NCBI GenBank assembly: GCA_002269645.1 | Contig: NIVC01001391.1 | Coordinates: forward strand, 62,001-126,000 | From: Macrostomum lignano | Lineage: Eukaryota | Direction of reading: 5' to 3' | Length of the DNA stretch: 64,000 bases | Notes under the pieces: generated by a model | Seen by the model: the letters and a program-made list of their open reading frames with translations, nothing else | The model's database searches: none | What the model was told of the DNA's origin: nothing | Shown: positions 33,554-45,500 of the stretch, piece after piece | How positions within the stretch are numbered: the first letter of the stretch is position 1 | How the letters are laid out: each line of letters starts with the position of its first letter | Translations under genes and position numbers: made by a program

Positions 33554-35706
33554 TTTTCAGCTTTATCACATAAAAACGCAACTGAAGCTTGGGCAATGCA
33601 AAATACGCTATTTCACCTTTTAATTCATAGTTTATTAATTGGAGAGTCAAGAAGTAATATCATTGGTTGCCAAAAAAGTTTTGGTTTTGGCAGAAATTTT
33701 GGTCGTCGCAAGATTTAGCAGAAATTTTGGTCGCAAGATTTTACAACCAATGAGAAAGCGACATCGGGTGAATGGAATGCAACTTTGCAGACTCATGCCA
33801 GATGCAGAAAAAGTCTACCAACATGAGTCAGAATTGTAGTTACTTGAGAAGCTCGGCATCGCACTGCAAAATGCACACTAAAAGTAAAAGAAACTATTTT
33901 ATTTATTTAATCTGTAGCGTACTTTAATAACTTTCTCGAAATTTCGTTAGATTTCTAAAGTCAAAAACATTTATATTTCCAGAAACTTCTTCAAGTTAGC
34001 ATCTTATCTATAACATACGCATTTAATATAGTAAATAAATAATTATTACTTAACTGTTAATATTCTACTCGTATTGGCGTAACGTATATAATTAAGTGTT
34101 TAATCGCTTTGTTAAGATGCGCTCAATCTTTCTAGAAATTTCCGGAAGACAGTTACAAATCTATAAATATACGGCGACGGCAGTGACACGAATCACTCTC
34201 CCCTTGTTTTCTCTTCGATCTGATTTCCGTTGATAAACTACCAAATAAACCACCGCCTTGCTCTTAGTCAATAACAAAATTAAAGAAAAACCTACAAAAA
34301 TCCTTTTTCATTTGAAGCACAATGACTCAACATTATTTCTAGCTTTTTGCATCAAGAATGAAGGAAAGCAACTTACCTAACCCTAACAGTTACCAGTTGA
34401 CTCAATAAGAATTTATTGTTCATTTATCATTCGGTTTTAAATTTCAGCATGCTGCAGCAGGAATTGAGCACCTCTTATATCCCAACTCTAAAGCAGCGGC
34501 CATTTTCGTCATTTTTCTATTTTCATGACTCAGTGCGCATGTAAGAAGTCGCTTAGGTGGGTTGATAAAGACCCGTTTTAGTTTTGGAAGCAATCCAACA
34601 CAGATTTATCCGACAGACTAAAGTAAACAGAGCGAACATATAATTCACACAACTGAGCAACATCGAAAAGGTTAGAAATAAGTTTTTTATTTGTGTTGAT
34701 TTTGATACTAAATAGTTATAATGCCCTACATTTTAGAACCCGTATGGAAGCAGCAATCGCATCATTCGAATCCAACCTCGATAGTCTTATCAAGGAGTTT
34801 TTTGTAGTGGGGATTTAAAGCATTGTAAAAATGGATAGGAGAATATAAGAAGGTTGCTGGACAATTTAATAGGGAAAAGTTTTCTATTCCAATTTTTCGA
34901 GGTAGATTGGAGAAAGTGGACAAGAAAAAGGCACGAATAGCAGAAGCTGCTAAAATACTGCGGGATTCGATTGAACATCAAGAGCCATTAGAGATTAATT
35001 AATTTATGGACGGAGAGTATGAATTTCAGGATGCAATTACAAAACTTAATTCCATTGATGAAATGATAAACGAGCTACAGTGCGGGGGCTGCAGTATGAA
35101 ATTAAGTCTGGTCAGATATTAATAAGAATGAAGCTTTCATTGAGTGACAAGTAGTATAAGGTATTTTTGTCTAAGCTACGGTTTAAGTCCACGTGGGGAA
35201 CTATTTAGTCCAAGTGGCTCGTCTAAGCACAGCACATCCAATTCTGCGGCGTTGTGGCATCTCACTGTTTCGCCTACGTTCTATAATCAAGTACGCTGAG
35301 AAAGCCCTGGAGATGCCGGAGGAAGAGAAGGAAGATGCACTTCTGATATCATCTATTGCTTGATCTGACGAAAATCTTAATTTACTTATTGTGCGCGTTG
35401 TGAACCATAACATCTGACTCTCATTATGCTGACTATTCTTTTTCACATCGAATACTGCAGTATCTGCCTCTCTATACTTATATTTATTTCACATCAAATA
35501 CTGCAGTATCTGGTTCTTTTTTCTCGTTGCTTTTTCACATCGAATACTGGAGTATCTGGCTCTTTTTGTGCCTATAGTAATTTCGCTCATACATTTCTAA
35601 TTACTTAATCCTGAGGATGCCACAATAAATTTACAACAATGACAGTAACGTAATTACATAGTTTTCTTACAAAAATATTTTATAAAAAATTAAACAACTC
35701 AGAGCG

Positions 35707-36379
35707 ATGAGTAATAATGATTTTGAACAATACCTTCAAGCTGAGAGACTTTGGCGTCAGCAGCAAAAGCTCACAGATAATGAGCATTCATCAGAGTCCA
35801 CAGATAAAGCGGCAGCTCTGCAGATTGATGATGAAATAATACTACATAAATCCTTTAGAGAGAAGAAGTATAATAAGAAGTCAGAAATTTCAGAGTACGT
35901 AATTAGGAACGTTAATGAAGGTTATATAAGAAAGGTTTTTTATTGAGTATTAAGATGCGATTAAAGCAGTGTTAAAGAAAGTTAGAGATGGTGGACGGAG
36001 TAAGTTCAACTTGCATTTTGAATTAGAATTCAAAAATAATTTTAACGAAGATATTCCTTTATTCACAGTTTATGATAATGAAAGTGGATTCTACAATATT
36101 CAATCAGATTCACAGTATGACACTGCCCTTAACGAAAAACAGGAGAAATTGGAAAAGATCATTGATGAGTTCTATGAGAAGGGATTAGATAATGTCGTTG
36201 TGCAGATAAAATATATCTACATCAGAGTTGCCAAGGCTTTTAGCATTCAGGAAGGATCCTTCTTTACTAACAATGAAGTTAAAAAATGTCGATCAATTCT
36301 TAACATCCAGAATGATGATGAGAAATGCTTCTTCTGGTGCGTATTAGCTGTTAAACATCCACAAAATGTTGATAATTAG
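35707..36379 (+). pseudogene. pPolB N-terminal (terminal-protein region) fragment, frameshifted near 35945, cut at the inverted-repeat boundary
   Basis: GSFF...RSILNIQNDDEKCFFWCVLAVKHP matches the pPolB IINIxNxDxKCFxWxxLAxLHP motif. Confidence 0.75.
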
Positions 36380-36386
36380 TTTTTTA

Positions 36387-37764
36387 TAATAAACTATGAA
36401 TTAAAAGGTGAAATAGCGTATTTTGCATTGCCCAAGCTTCAGTTGCGTTTTTATGTGATAAAGCTGAAAAATGCCATCAGAAATAGAACTGCGGAAGCGA
36501 TACAAGGAACGTAAAAAAGCATTTGAGGAAACTGAGCGGAAGATTCGAATACTTCTACCTTCAACTTTATTTGCTGGCCTAGATCCTGAAACATTAATTG
36601 CTAGACTTAAAGGAGCTGATGTCCATCAGTCATTTAAGAAGGAAACATCTCTTTTAACCCTGCTAAAGGAGAACCTATCCAAGCGTAAAAGTATGCAGAG
36701 CTATGTTATTTAGTTCCGCAATTTGGAAGCTAATGTACGGTATTTGGCAGCTGTGGAGAATGAAGAATCGCCACCACCATCACCACCACCACCATATCAA
36801 GTCCGTGCTGCAACTGCTGATCAAGTCCGTGCTACAACTGCTGAGCCCACTGCTCGATTGACTATAGTACGTGTAAATATAATTAATTTCGAGAAATCAT
36901 TGAGAGTACACTTATATCCATAGAGCTGTTGCTTTCTCAACATAAATTCTTTAGTTAATCGTACAAGACGCAAAAAACCACGAACCCTTTAAACTTCTTT
37001 GGAATTAAAATAAATTTTAATCGGTTGGATTAAATAAAAGTATATTACCGGAATTAAGTATGTCCTTACATCAGTTTTCTACCTTTAATACTATATAACT
37101 GATTTAAAAGTAATTGCAGCTATATTCATGCGGAGCTGCTAATTTACAGTTAGTTTAAATGCTTCATGATTTTAATCCTTACTTGGACATATCATAATTC
37201 CTAAATAAATTTTGGCTAAGTGAAATCGACCGAGGGTCGCGGACTTAAAGTCCTATGACTAGCAAGGACATTGACTTCCTCGCTGAGGCCACATGGTGAC
37301 CTGCGAAATTGTATGAGGGTATATGAAGTTCTCCTGGGTATTTGCCAGTGGAGAAGATCTGTGGTAGTTTTTTTATAGCTGACTTAATATTTAATGCTGT
37401 TCCTAGAAAAGTGGTTTTTGATGGTCTTTTTGTGTATATTTTTTTGTGATTTTTGTAGGGATTAATGATTACTTTAGTAGCACAGCGCATTGATAATGGA
37501 AATAAACCATCAATTTTTAATCTGACATATTTTATAACTTGTGCTTAACAAACTGATTATTGGTAGTCATTTTATATGAATAAAGTAAGTAATTTCGATT
37601 TATACGCCTGAAATGACATGGAAATGACCTGAAAATCCAACTTTGCTAACGGATTTGGAGCTGAAGTATTAAAAATAATAAATTTTCCAAACTTAAAAAC
37701 CTCGTTAAAATCGCTGTTTTGAGAGCAATTTCATCTGCTTCGAATCGATTTTCACTTATTTTTT
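36387..37764. repeat. Right arm of the roughly 1.38-kb inverted repeat
   Basis: Reverse complement of 32259-33637. Confidence 0.95.
36471..36713 (+). CDS. Hypothetical 80-aa basic protein (inverted-repeat copy 2)
   Basis: Identical to 33311-33553. Confidence 0.45.
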   Translation: MPSEIELRKRYKERKKAFEETERKIRILLPSTLFAGLDPETLIARLKGADVHQSFKKETSLLTLLKENLSKRKSMQSYVI

Positions 37765-38252
37765 GATGATTTTATAGTTAATTTCACATATTTTAGTGAT
37801 TTTTTGTGATTTTCGGGAGTGGTCTGTGCTCAATTCTCCCTATCCATAACTACTAACGACATCATCATCAAAGCTAGGAATAATGACGAGATGATATCCC
37901 AATTTGAAGATCGGGCCATCAAAGTGTGAATTGTTCAAATACAGGCTTAGGTTCCTGGAAAGGTGGTCTCATCGAGAGAGATCGAAGCGGACCCCACCAA
38001 TACGGAAGGATGCAGTGAGATAGTGGTGTACCCCTAGGGACAAAAAACAACAGTTATCATTTCTGAGATTTGCTAATTATTATAGAAAGTTAGTCCCCAG
38101 GTTTTCTATCATAGCCACGCCTCTTCTTTTTTTATTTTTCTGGCGCTAAGTCCACGAGAATGCGTTCCAGGAACTGAAGGCGAGCCTGTGTGAGCCGCCA
38201 GTGTTGACCTACCAGGACTTGAGTCCCAGCGCGGGTACCTTCATCCTAGACT

Positions 38253-38780
38253 AGTAGTAGGATGATATAAAGGGATGCGCCACACTGATCGCTTGGGCGC
38301 AGTTCGCGCCTGCTCGCTGGATGACTCATCCCCATATATCATACTACTACCAGGTCAGAGTTGCAGGAGGATAAGTATATATATGTGTGAGGGTGTTGAG
38401 GGTGAGGGCATGTGGGGGGCATTGGCATGTGGTATATTTTTTTCAGAACACAGGTTTTCTCAGAATTTTTATACTTTTTAAAATGGAGGTCGCCCTTGCC
38501 CTCATGCCCTCACTCATATTGAAAATCCCTAAAAACAGGTGAAAAATGACTAAAAACAGGTGAAAATGGTCTGAAAACAGCAATTTTTTCAAATATTTTG
38601 AAAAAGTGAAATTTTCACGATTCCAGCTCTAAAACCATGAGATTAGTTGGATTCACGGGTCAATTCAATGCAAGTTCAGGTATTTACAATATATATGAAA
38701 GTGTCATCCAATTTAACGATAGTAAATTATATATATCATTCTATATATATATGATATATATAATATATATATATAGAATG
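38253..38780 (+). other. Possible Polinton left terminus / subterminal region beginning AGTAGTAG
   Basis: AG-initial short tandem motif; the downstream region (about 38560-38640) resembles 32290-32370 and likewise leads into a PLA2 start. No partner end was found. Confidence 0.3.
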
Positions 38781-38890
38781 AACTTCAATAAACCATTATT
38801 TCTTGGTTCTTCTTTAGATATTCAGTCAGCTTTAACAAAACTACCACTCTTCTCCACTGGGAAATATCCGGGCGAATTTCATATGCCAGC
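38778..38890 (+). pseudogene. Second truncated PLA2-like N-terminus
   Basis: MNFNKPLFLGSSLDIQSALTKLPLFSTGKYPGEFHMP, paralogous to the 32533 fragment. Confidence 0.65.
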
Positions 38891-39649
38891 ATGTGTTGAT
38901 TTTAAGGAACTAAGGGTGGATATTTTGGAGGGTAAATGTTTTAGTGCTCCTAGATCTGTAGACGCGCGCATCACTCTCACACTCTCTTTCTCTCAGTAAA
39001 TATATACACTACTGTAATAAAAACACTTCCACACGCTCGTCCGCTTAGTCAATCTAGCTATTTTATATGGAAGCATAAAGCAATGGAAGCAGTGGCTCAT
39101 ACATCACCCCACGCTAACGCACACTTTACCGAAATGAGCCGAAACTGTGAGTCATTCAATTTTAATACAAAAAGAAGCATATGGATAGCCAACACAAATG
39201 GCCAGCTCTGAAGCCAGCTGGCAAATGGCCTCTACTTTGGCCTCCACTTCGGCCTCAACTTCTGTCTCCATTGCATACTCTATTTAGCATTTACTACACT
39301 CACGCAGTATGTATTGCTATCTCACACTTTTTATAACAGCAATTGCTCCTAGCGGCTTTCTTTCTGAGCTAAAAAAGAGCTAAAAAATCAAGAAGCGATT
39401 CTGCGAGACGCCCATCGCAAAAGTGACTTTAAAACGCTAGAAGACTTAGAGAATGTTTTAGGAGGCTAGAATATTAATCATTAATTAATAAGAAACACGG
39501 CTTTCTTTAAGTCCATTCAGGTCAGTTAAATTATTTTTATTTGCTAATTACTAAGAAAAAAAGTTCTCTATGTTTTATGTATTCATTTTTAGATTGTTTT
39601 AATACTACGAAGCGATATTCAAGAAAAGGGTGTCATCGCAGTTCTAGAA

Positions 39650-39864
39650 GATGCTCAAACTGCACAAACCCTCGACCCGCGCGACTGCCCAGTTTGTTTA
39701 GAAACAATGGACGTTACGCGCCTAGGGCACACCTTTTGCAACGATTGCATTTACCACCAGGAAGTGTTTCATGTCCAACTTGCCGCCACCGAACTCAAAC
39801 TCAAACTGTAGAACAACTGCCACACAATTTTACACTGGATACGTTGGCTGCTCTACCACGCTAG
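39650..39864 (+). pseudogene. RING-finger (C3HC4-like) remnant, frameshifted
   Basis: CPVCLETMDVTRLGHTFCNDC in one frame and SCPTCR...LPHNFTL in another; the third Cys is missing. Confidence 0.65.
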
Positions 39865-40039
39865 AAATCACCTCCGACTAATGAAGACAATTGACTGCTG
39901 AAATTAATTAATTCATCTCTAGCACTAGCATCATGCATCATATGCATCGAAAGCAAATACAAAACCATCTCTTTGAAAAAAGACTGCCATTGTGCTCCAG
40001 CGGAGCCGTCTATTGTGTCTGAGAGTGTTTTGTGTGGGA

Positions 40040-40695
40040 CTAAATTGAATTGGACGGTTTCAATCCAGTCATGCGTGTGACTTCATTGTTCAGTTGCTCT
40101 ATAACAGTGGGGAGGCAGTCTGTCTATTTTGTTTGAGTTCTTGCGCTGTTTGCATTGCAAATAGTCTTTTTGCTAAAGTCAGATTAAATCTCTCAACGTA
40201 CGCTTGATCCCTGTGCAGGTCTGTTCTGCCATAGCGTATTTTCGTACAAATGTGCTTTTGTAGGAGACTTCTTATCGCCCCATAGAATTCCTTACCCTGA
40301 TCAGCCATGAAAATTTCTTGAAAGGTTAGAGGAGAGGTTTTATAGATCTCTTGCAGTGCGCTGGCAACAACCTCTGACTTCTTCGTCTTGAGTGGGCAAG
40401 CTTCCTTATATCTGGAGACAATGTCTATAACTGTGAGAGCATACTTGTAGCCCGAGTCATTGGGAAGAAACAGAAGATCTGCTTGGTGCGCCTCATTAGG
40501 TTTATAGATGTTAAAGTGAGGTCTTGTAAATTGAACAGTTGGTAAATATACTTGGTGAACTGCTTGCTTGGAGAGCCATCTTTCAACTGTTTGTTTTGAT
40601 TCATTACTTAGTTCTGCGAGTTTGGTGACTGCATTTTTTCCTACAAAGAATCCTTTGTCGCTGTAGTAGAGCTTTTATAGTTTCTGCTCTGTCAT
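40040..40695 (-). pseudogene. Polinton retroviral-like (rve) integrase with an early stop (40675-40677) and a 3' frameshift
   Basis: HQADLLFLP, YKYALTVIDIVSRYK, ADQGKEF, AYVERFNLTL and LNNEVTRMTGLKP; the D-D-E triad is present. Confidence 0.9.
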
Positions 40696-40720
40696 TTTTT
40701 AAAAGAAATTTTTTAATAAA

Positions 40721-41203
40721 ATGCAACGCTCTGGTGGTAACTTAGATTTACATGGACTGATAGAAAAACTTCCTCATCCAAACAGAGGCTGGACAATTCC
40801 CGGCTACAAATACTGTGGGCCTTTGAATCCGCTTGAAATTCGGTTAGATAAAAACAAAAGTCCAAATCCTGGGCATGAGCCTGTGAACGAGCTAGACTCT
40901 GTCTGCATGTGGCACGACGTTAAGTATATGGATTTTCCAGAGGAGAAAAATCGCTGGGACAAAGAAATGCTTAGGAGACTAGACAATATGGGGACTTCAA
41001 GCGGGTGGAGGGAATCGATCGCTCGGAAGCTAGTTAAAGCTGTTATTTTTGGTAAGGCAAAGCTGGAGTTGGGGCTTGGCAGCTGTTTGGGAGAAGGGGC
41101 GGGTTTTGTATTGCATGCGCCAAGTAAAGAACAAGGAAGACTGCTGAAAGAGCTGGGGGTTAAAATATGCATGACTAAGAGTAGTTTTTTAGTCTGTTCA
41201 TAG
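40721..41203 (+). CDS. PLA2-like protein (parvovirus VP1u-type; Polinton/adintovirus accessory), 160 aa
   Basis: PGYKYCGP (calcium loop), EPVNELDSVCMWHDVKY (HDxxY catalytic motif), and D in RWDKEM. Confidence 0.85.
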   Translation: MQRSGGNLDLHGLIEKLPHPNRGWTIPGYKYCGPLNPLEIRLDKNKSPNPGHEPVNELDSVCMWHDVKYMDFPEEKNRWDKEMLRRLDNMGTSSGWRESIARKLVKAVIFGKAKLELGLGSCLGEGAGFVLHAPSKEQGRLLKELGVKICMTKSSFLVCS

Positions 41204-41945
41204 CACGAAAGACTACCAAGTGTGGCGACGGCTTTCCTTTCCAATTGCCAAAATATTGGCGCGGCGCTTTTTCTGCCAGCTGGCAGACTTTTTGGCAAAT
41301 TTTGGCAACAAGAGTAGTATTAGTATATTACACGCACCCCTCATTTTTACATGTAAAAATGAATACAGTCCCCACCCGTCCTAACCCGCTCAAGCGAGCC
41401 GCCTACAAATCGTACCCCTACTTATCTTATACTCGCACCTGAGTAGGCGGTAACCAATAGACTATTCACCAAGCACTTCAAATGCCGAAACCGTGTTAAA
41501 CGCACGATAAGGTATACGCTTTACTCGGTCTTAGGCAACACTACTCACGAGCGCGGCCTACGTCACTTCCAGTAATAGATATTGAATAGATTATAATAAC
41601 CACTTGCTCCGTAAATAAACCACTTGCATTCTAAACCAACTCTACGATCCATACTCCGTTCCTGCCGGACCATAAGTGCTACATTTCCGAGAAAAGACCT
41701 TGCCCCAAACGCTAGGGCGCACACAGCGAAATGTACACCCCCCGCCACATTAATCGATTAAAATCCGATTCTTATCAACCAGCTGCACACAACTTTTACC
41801 CCCCACCCCCACCCCTCCCCACGACTTGAGGGTTTGAACAGATACAAACTCCTAGACGCAAGCGCTAAAAACGGCGTCAAGTCGGATTCTCGAGTGAATA
41901 GTCTGGCAAGTTTATTAGTTCACCGAGTCTCGTATAACCATCTTA

Positions 41946-42350
41946 ATGGCGAACCAGCTACAAAAAATAGTGGCTGTGTTTATTAAACAGGCCCAAGCCG
42001 CCCAAAACAACGCGGAAACTACCCGACAACTTTCGGCAGTTGTCAGACAATTATCCAAGAATTCCCATTACTCCCAAGAAGAGCTCCGAAATCGTATAGC
42101 CGTCCAGGCATACAATAATACCCAAATGTTTACCGCAATCGGAGAAAGCGTCAACAAACTAATCAACCTAGCAAGTGCGCAACTGGTGGTCCTGAAGGTC
42201 GTTTTTCTAATTATTTCTCTGTTCCTGGTGCTCGCTTTGCTTCACCACTACTACAAACGCATCCGCTCTCCCGAGTCCCGCCGTCCGAATGTCTTCCGTA
42301 GCCAAGAGTACGAGCTATTCTCAAGCCACTCAGACTTAAGTAAATTCTAA
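41946..42350 (+). CDS. Hypothetical 134-aa membrane protein (helical/coiled-coil region, one TM helix, cytoplasmic tail)
   Basis: LVVLKVVFLIISLFLVLALL followed by HHYYKR; tail contains YELF. Confidence 0.55.
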   Translation: MANQLQKIVAVFIKQAQAAQNNAETTRQLSAVVRQLSKNSHYSQEELRNRIAVQAYNNTQMFTAIGESVNKLINLASAQLVVLKVVFLIISLFLVLALLHHYYKRIRSPESRRPNVFRSQEYELFSSHSDLSKF

Positions 42351-42364
42351 TCATTATCCAAAAC

Positions 42365-42544
42365 ATGGCCCCAACTACCGAAGCATCCCGCTCTTATTTG
42401 CAGAGTCAGCACCGAAACGCCTTCACCCGGAACGAACCCAAACCGCCGTGCTGCCCCAACATGGACCTCAACACCACGCTCGCCGTCCATGCCGACCTTT
42501 CCACTGTCGTCCACGGCCGTGTTAATCGACTGAATCCACCATGA
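42365..42544 (+). CDS. Hypothetical 59-aa protein
   Basis: ATG 15 bp after the previous stop; AATAAA about 20 bp downstream. Confidence 0.3.
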   Translation: MAPTTEASRSYLQSQHRNAFTRNEPKPPCCPNMDLNTTLAVHADLSTVVHGRVNRLNPP

Positions 42545-45500
42545 AGTGTACTCGCCAACCTGCTAATAAAAATTATTATGCTGTATTGTTAAACTTCTCG
42601 AAACGTCTACAATTTTAGTGTGACGTTGCTGGTTTAAAGTGGCCCCGCAAAAGGGCCGTTGGACTGCAGTTTCTCTACAATTTTTCATTTTAAATTCTCC
42701 AATAGTTTATTTTAACGTTTACTCGTAGTAGCGCCCAACGAATCTGTGTCAACTGCTAATTCACTGCGTACTTTGCAATCCTTGCGCGCGACCGTAGAAA
42801 ACTTGCACGATCGATAATTTCAAGTTCCCCCGCCAGCCAATGAAAACTCTCCGCGTGTATTATGTTAACCCTTCTGCGCTCTTTATTTAACCCCGCCTGG
42901 CGGCGGGCTGGGGGTTTTTTTTACTTCTGTCCTGGCGTTCCTTCGCTCCTGCGTTCCTTCGCGTCTGCCTTTGCTTCCCTTCGTGGCCTCTCGTTCTCCT
43001 TATCTCTCGCCACGGCTCCACTCGCCAGCCAGACTTGTTTACGCCTCTCCCGCCAAGTTTTACTCTACCACGGCTAGCGCCAGCTCTCCGCCGTTTCTGC
43101 CTACTCACGACCGCTACTCACTGCCATTGCCTCATCGCCATCCTTCATCGTCTACTCATCCTATCATTAACTCGTTGTTGCAGCCGCCAGTGCCCATATC
43201 GTTATTGCCTTTGTACTACTATTAATATTTTAAAGAGAAAAATATAAAGCCAAGACTTCAACGTTAATTAATCATCGGTCTATTACCAAGTGCTACCGCT
43301 ACACGAAACCGCTACACCGCCATTGTTCAATTCACCTTCCTTTTGGACTACAACGACAATTCTCGTCAAAACGGCCCTTTTAAGGGTTATAGCCACTACA
43401 ACTCAAATCGTGACATTAGGATCAGGATAGTATTTTTCATTTCTACGTAGTACAGATTAGAACCAAGGGACCGTCACTAGGCTTCAATATTTTACCCATA
43501 GAACTCAAAACTTCGATACCAACCACTCATATTCGTACTTATACTTTTTCGCATATTTTCTGTTACTTTTCATCCGTCTCCGCGGCATCTACACATATGC
43601 ATATCTTGCACTTTTGTTTACATTATCCGCCCTCTCGATTGAACGCCGGCTTTAGTAGCTACTTCAACCAACATTGAATCCGTGTATTTTAGCACTACAA
43701 GTTTTAATACATTCATTGACAAACCGGTATATTTTTGTATTAAAATTTTTTAACAAGTAAATAAAATAAATTTGAATAAAAGTTGAATTTAAAGAACTAA
43801 AGCAAATTACATGCGATTTAAAAAATATAGCCGCGTCAAGATTCCCGCGGGGTGATTCGACTCCCACCCCCCTTGCTCCTACCCCCCACTTAAGATAAAC
43901 CAGACCCCATAATACAGACCCCCCCGCACGCCAGAAGCCCTAGAACTAACCACACCACCGAAAACTCAGACCCCGAGTTTATCACCCCTCACTTTAGCCC
44001 TAAGACAAACAAGATCCAAACCTATCCTTTAACAACGCCATATTTCCACCGATGACACAACAAGACAGAGGCACCCCCGCTAGCAAGGCCTTACATCGAA
44101 CGAAGGCCTTGGAACTACGCCACACTGTATTTACATGTACGATACTGCACACAGAGCGAATCCAAAAGAATAATTATACACATATGTTCAAGCCTTCACT
44201 AAATAAAAGTCGCATACGAAAAATTTACAAATACAATTCCCCTACAGTCCACATAAACAAGCCGACGGCGGCGACGGAGTCAACCAACCCACACGCCGAG
44301 TCCCGAATGCCTACGACAGGTCCGCATCCTAAAACCAAGGAAGATGACATACATTTACCAGGTCAATTTATTACGCTGCAATCAATATAAAATTCACTAA
44401 CCCTACCACCACCAGGGAATCCCCTTCCGGATGGCGGCTTCGGAATCTAAAATTTGATTGTATAAATAACTCTTTGTTGTAACACAAACTCTACCACCAT
44501 AGACTTGCATATTTCACCCTAAACCACTACCAGCCTGTCCCCCAACCCGATATGACTGTGTACACCCTACAAAGAAGAGCATGTTCTTCTACGTAACACC
44601 AACCGTGGAAGGTTGTGGCGGTCCAGGAGTCCGCCCCCGTTCGAACACGAAATTTGTCTGCAATTTAAAAAAATAAGATTTCAACTGTTTTACACCCTCA
44701 AGTTTTAATCAATGCCATGCAGTCTTGAATGCGTGGCAGCATAAAGTAGAACTGGTTCATGCATTAACGGACCCGACTCACGCTAAATAACATGAACTCA
44801 ACTACCATAAAACCTCGTAACTCCATCTTAAACCGGCACGTGAAGAGCACCTCCCAAATCTAGCTACTTATGTACATCCCGCCAAAATAAAGAGCATGGT
44901 TTCCGATGTATCACTAACCGGGACACGTGGCTGCGGTGGTCCGGGAGCTCGCCCTTCTCCGATCGCGCAATTCGCCTGAAATGTCAAATAAGATTCCAGC
45001 CTTTATATCTTCAATGTTTAATCAATGCCAAGCGACTACTGACCATTGTAAGCTGTTTTGGGCTGGACGAAACACACGCAGCCTGAAATACGCAACAGCA
45101 GAAAATAGAACTGGGCTACAATATTGAACTGGGATCACATTCAATTAAAATACAATATCCATACCTCGTTTCGAGTCCCACGACCACGTCCGCGAATCTA
45201 CGATTCAAGAATAAAGAACAGACAAGTAAATTTATTTTCATACGGACGAGTGAATTATACCACACCAAAAAGCTCATCTCCACTCACCATGGCTAAAAAC
45301 TCCTAAAATGAGAATGGAAATTCTTTATTTATTAATGCAATATGTGATAAGAAAAGCATACGAATATTGTCTCGTACCTCCCTTCCCTGAGCCACTATCT
45401 CCGGCACCACTTCATGCATTCGCGCAAAAACTGTCGTCGCCCACTGGTGCTGCAAAAGTACTCGGTCACTCGTGCATAGTTGCTAAAAAAGGCAAAATGA

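Larger units (their letters stand above)
32259..33637. repeat. Left arm of a roughly 1.38-kb near-perfect inverted repeat
   Basis: Reverse complement of 36387-37764; only a 1-bp indel (near 32585) was noticed. Confidence 0.95.

Noticed and set aside
43845-43875. tRNA T-arm/B-box-like GATTCGACTCCC
   Set aside because: Non-consensus B box and no cloverleaf could be folded.
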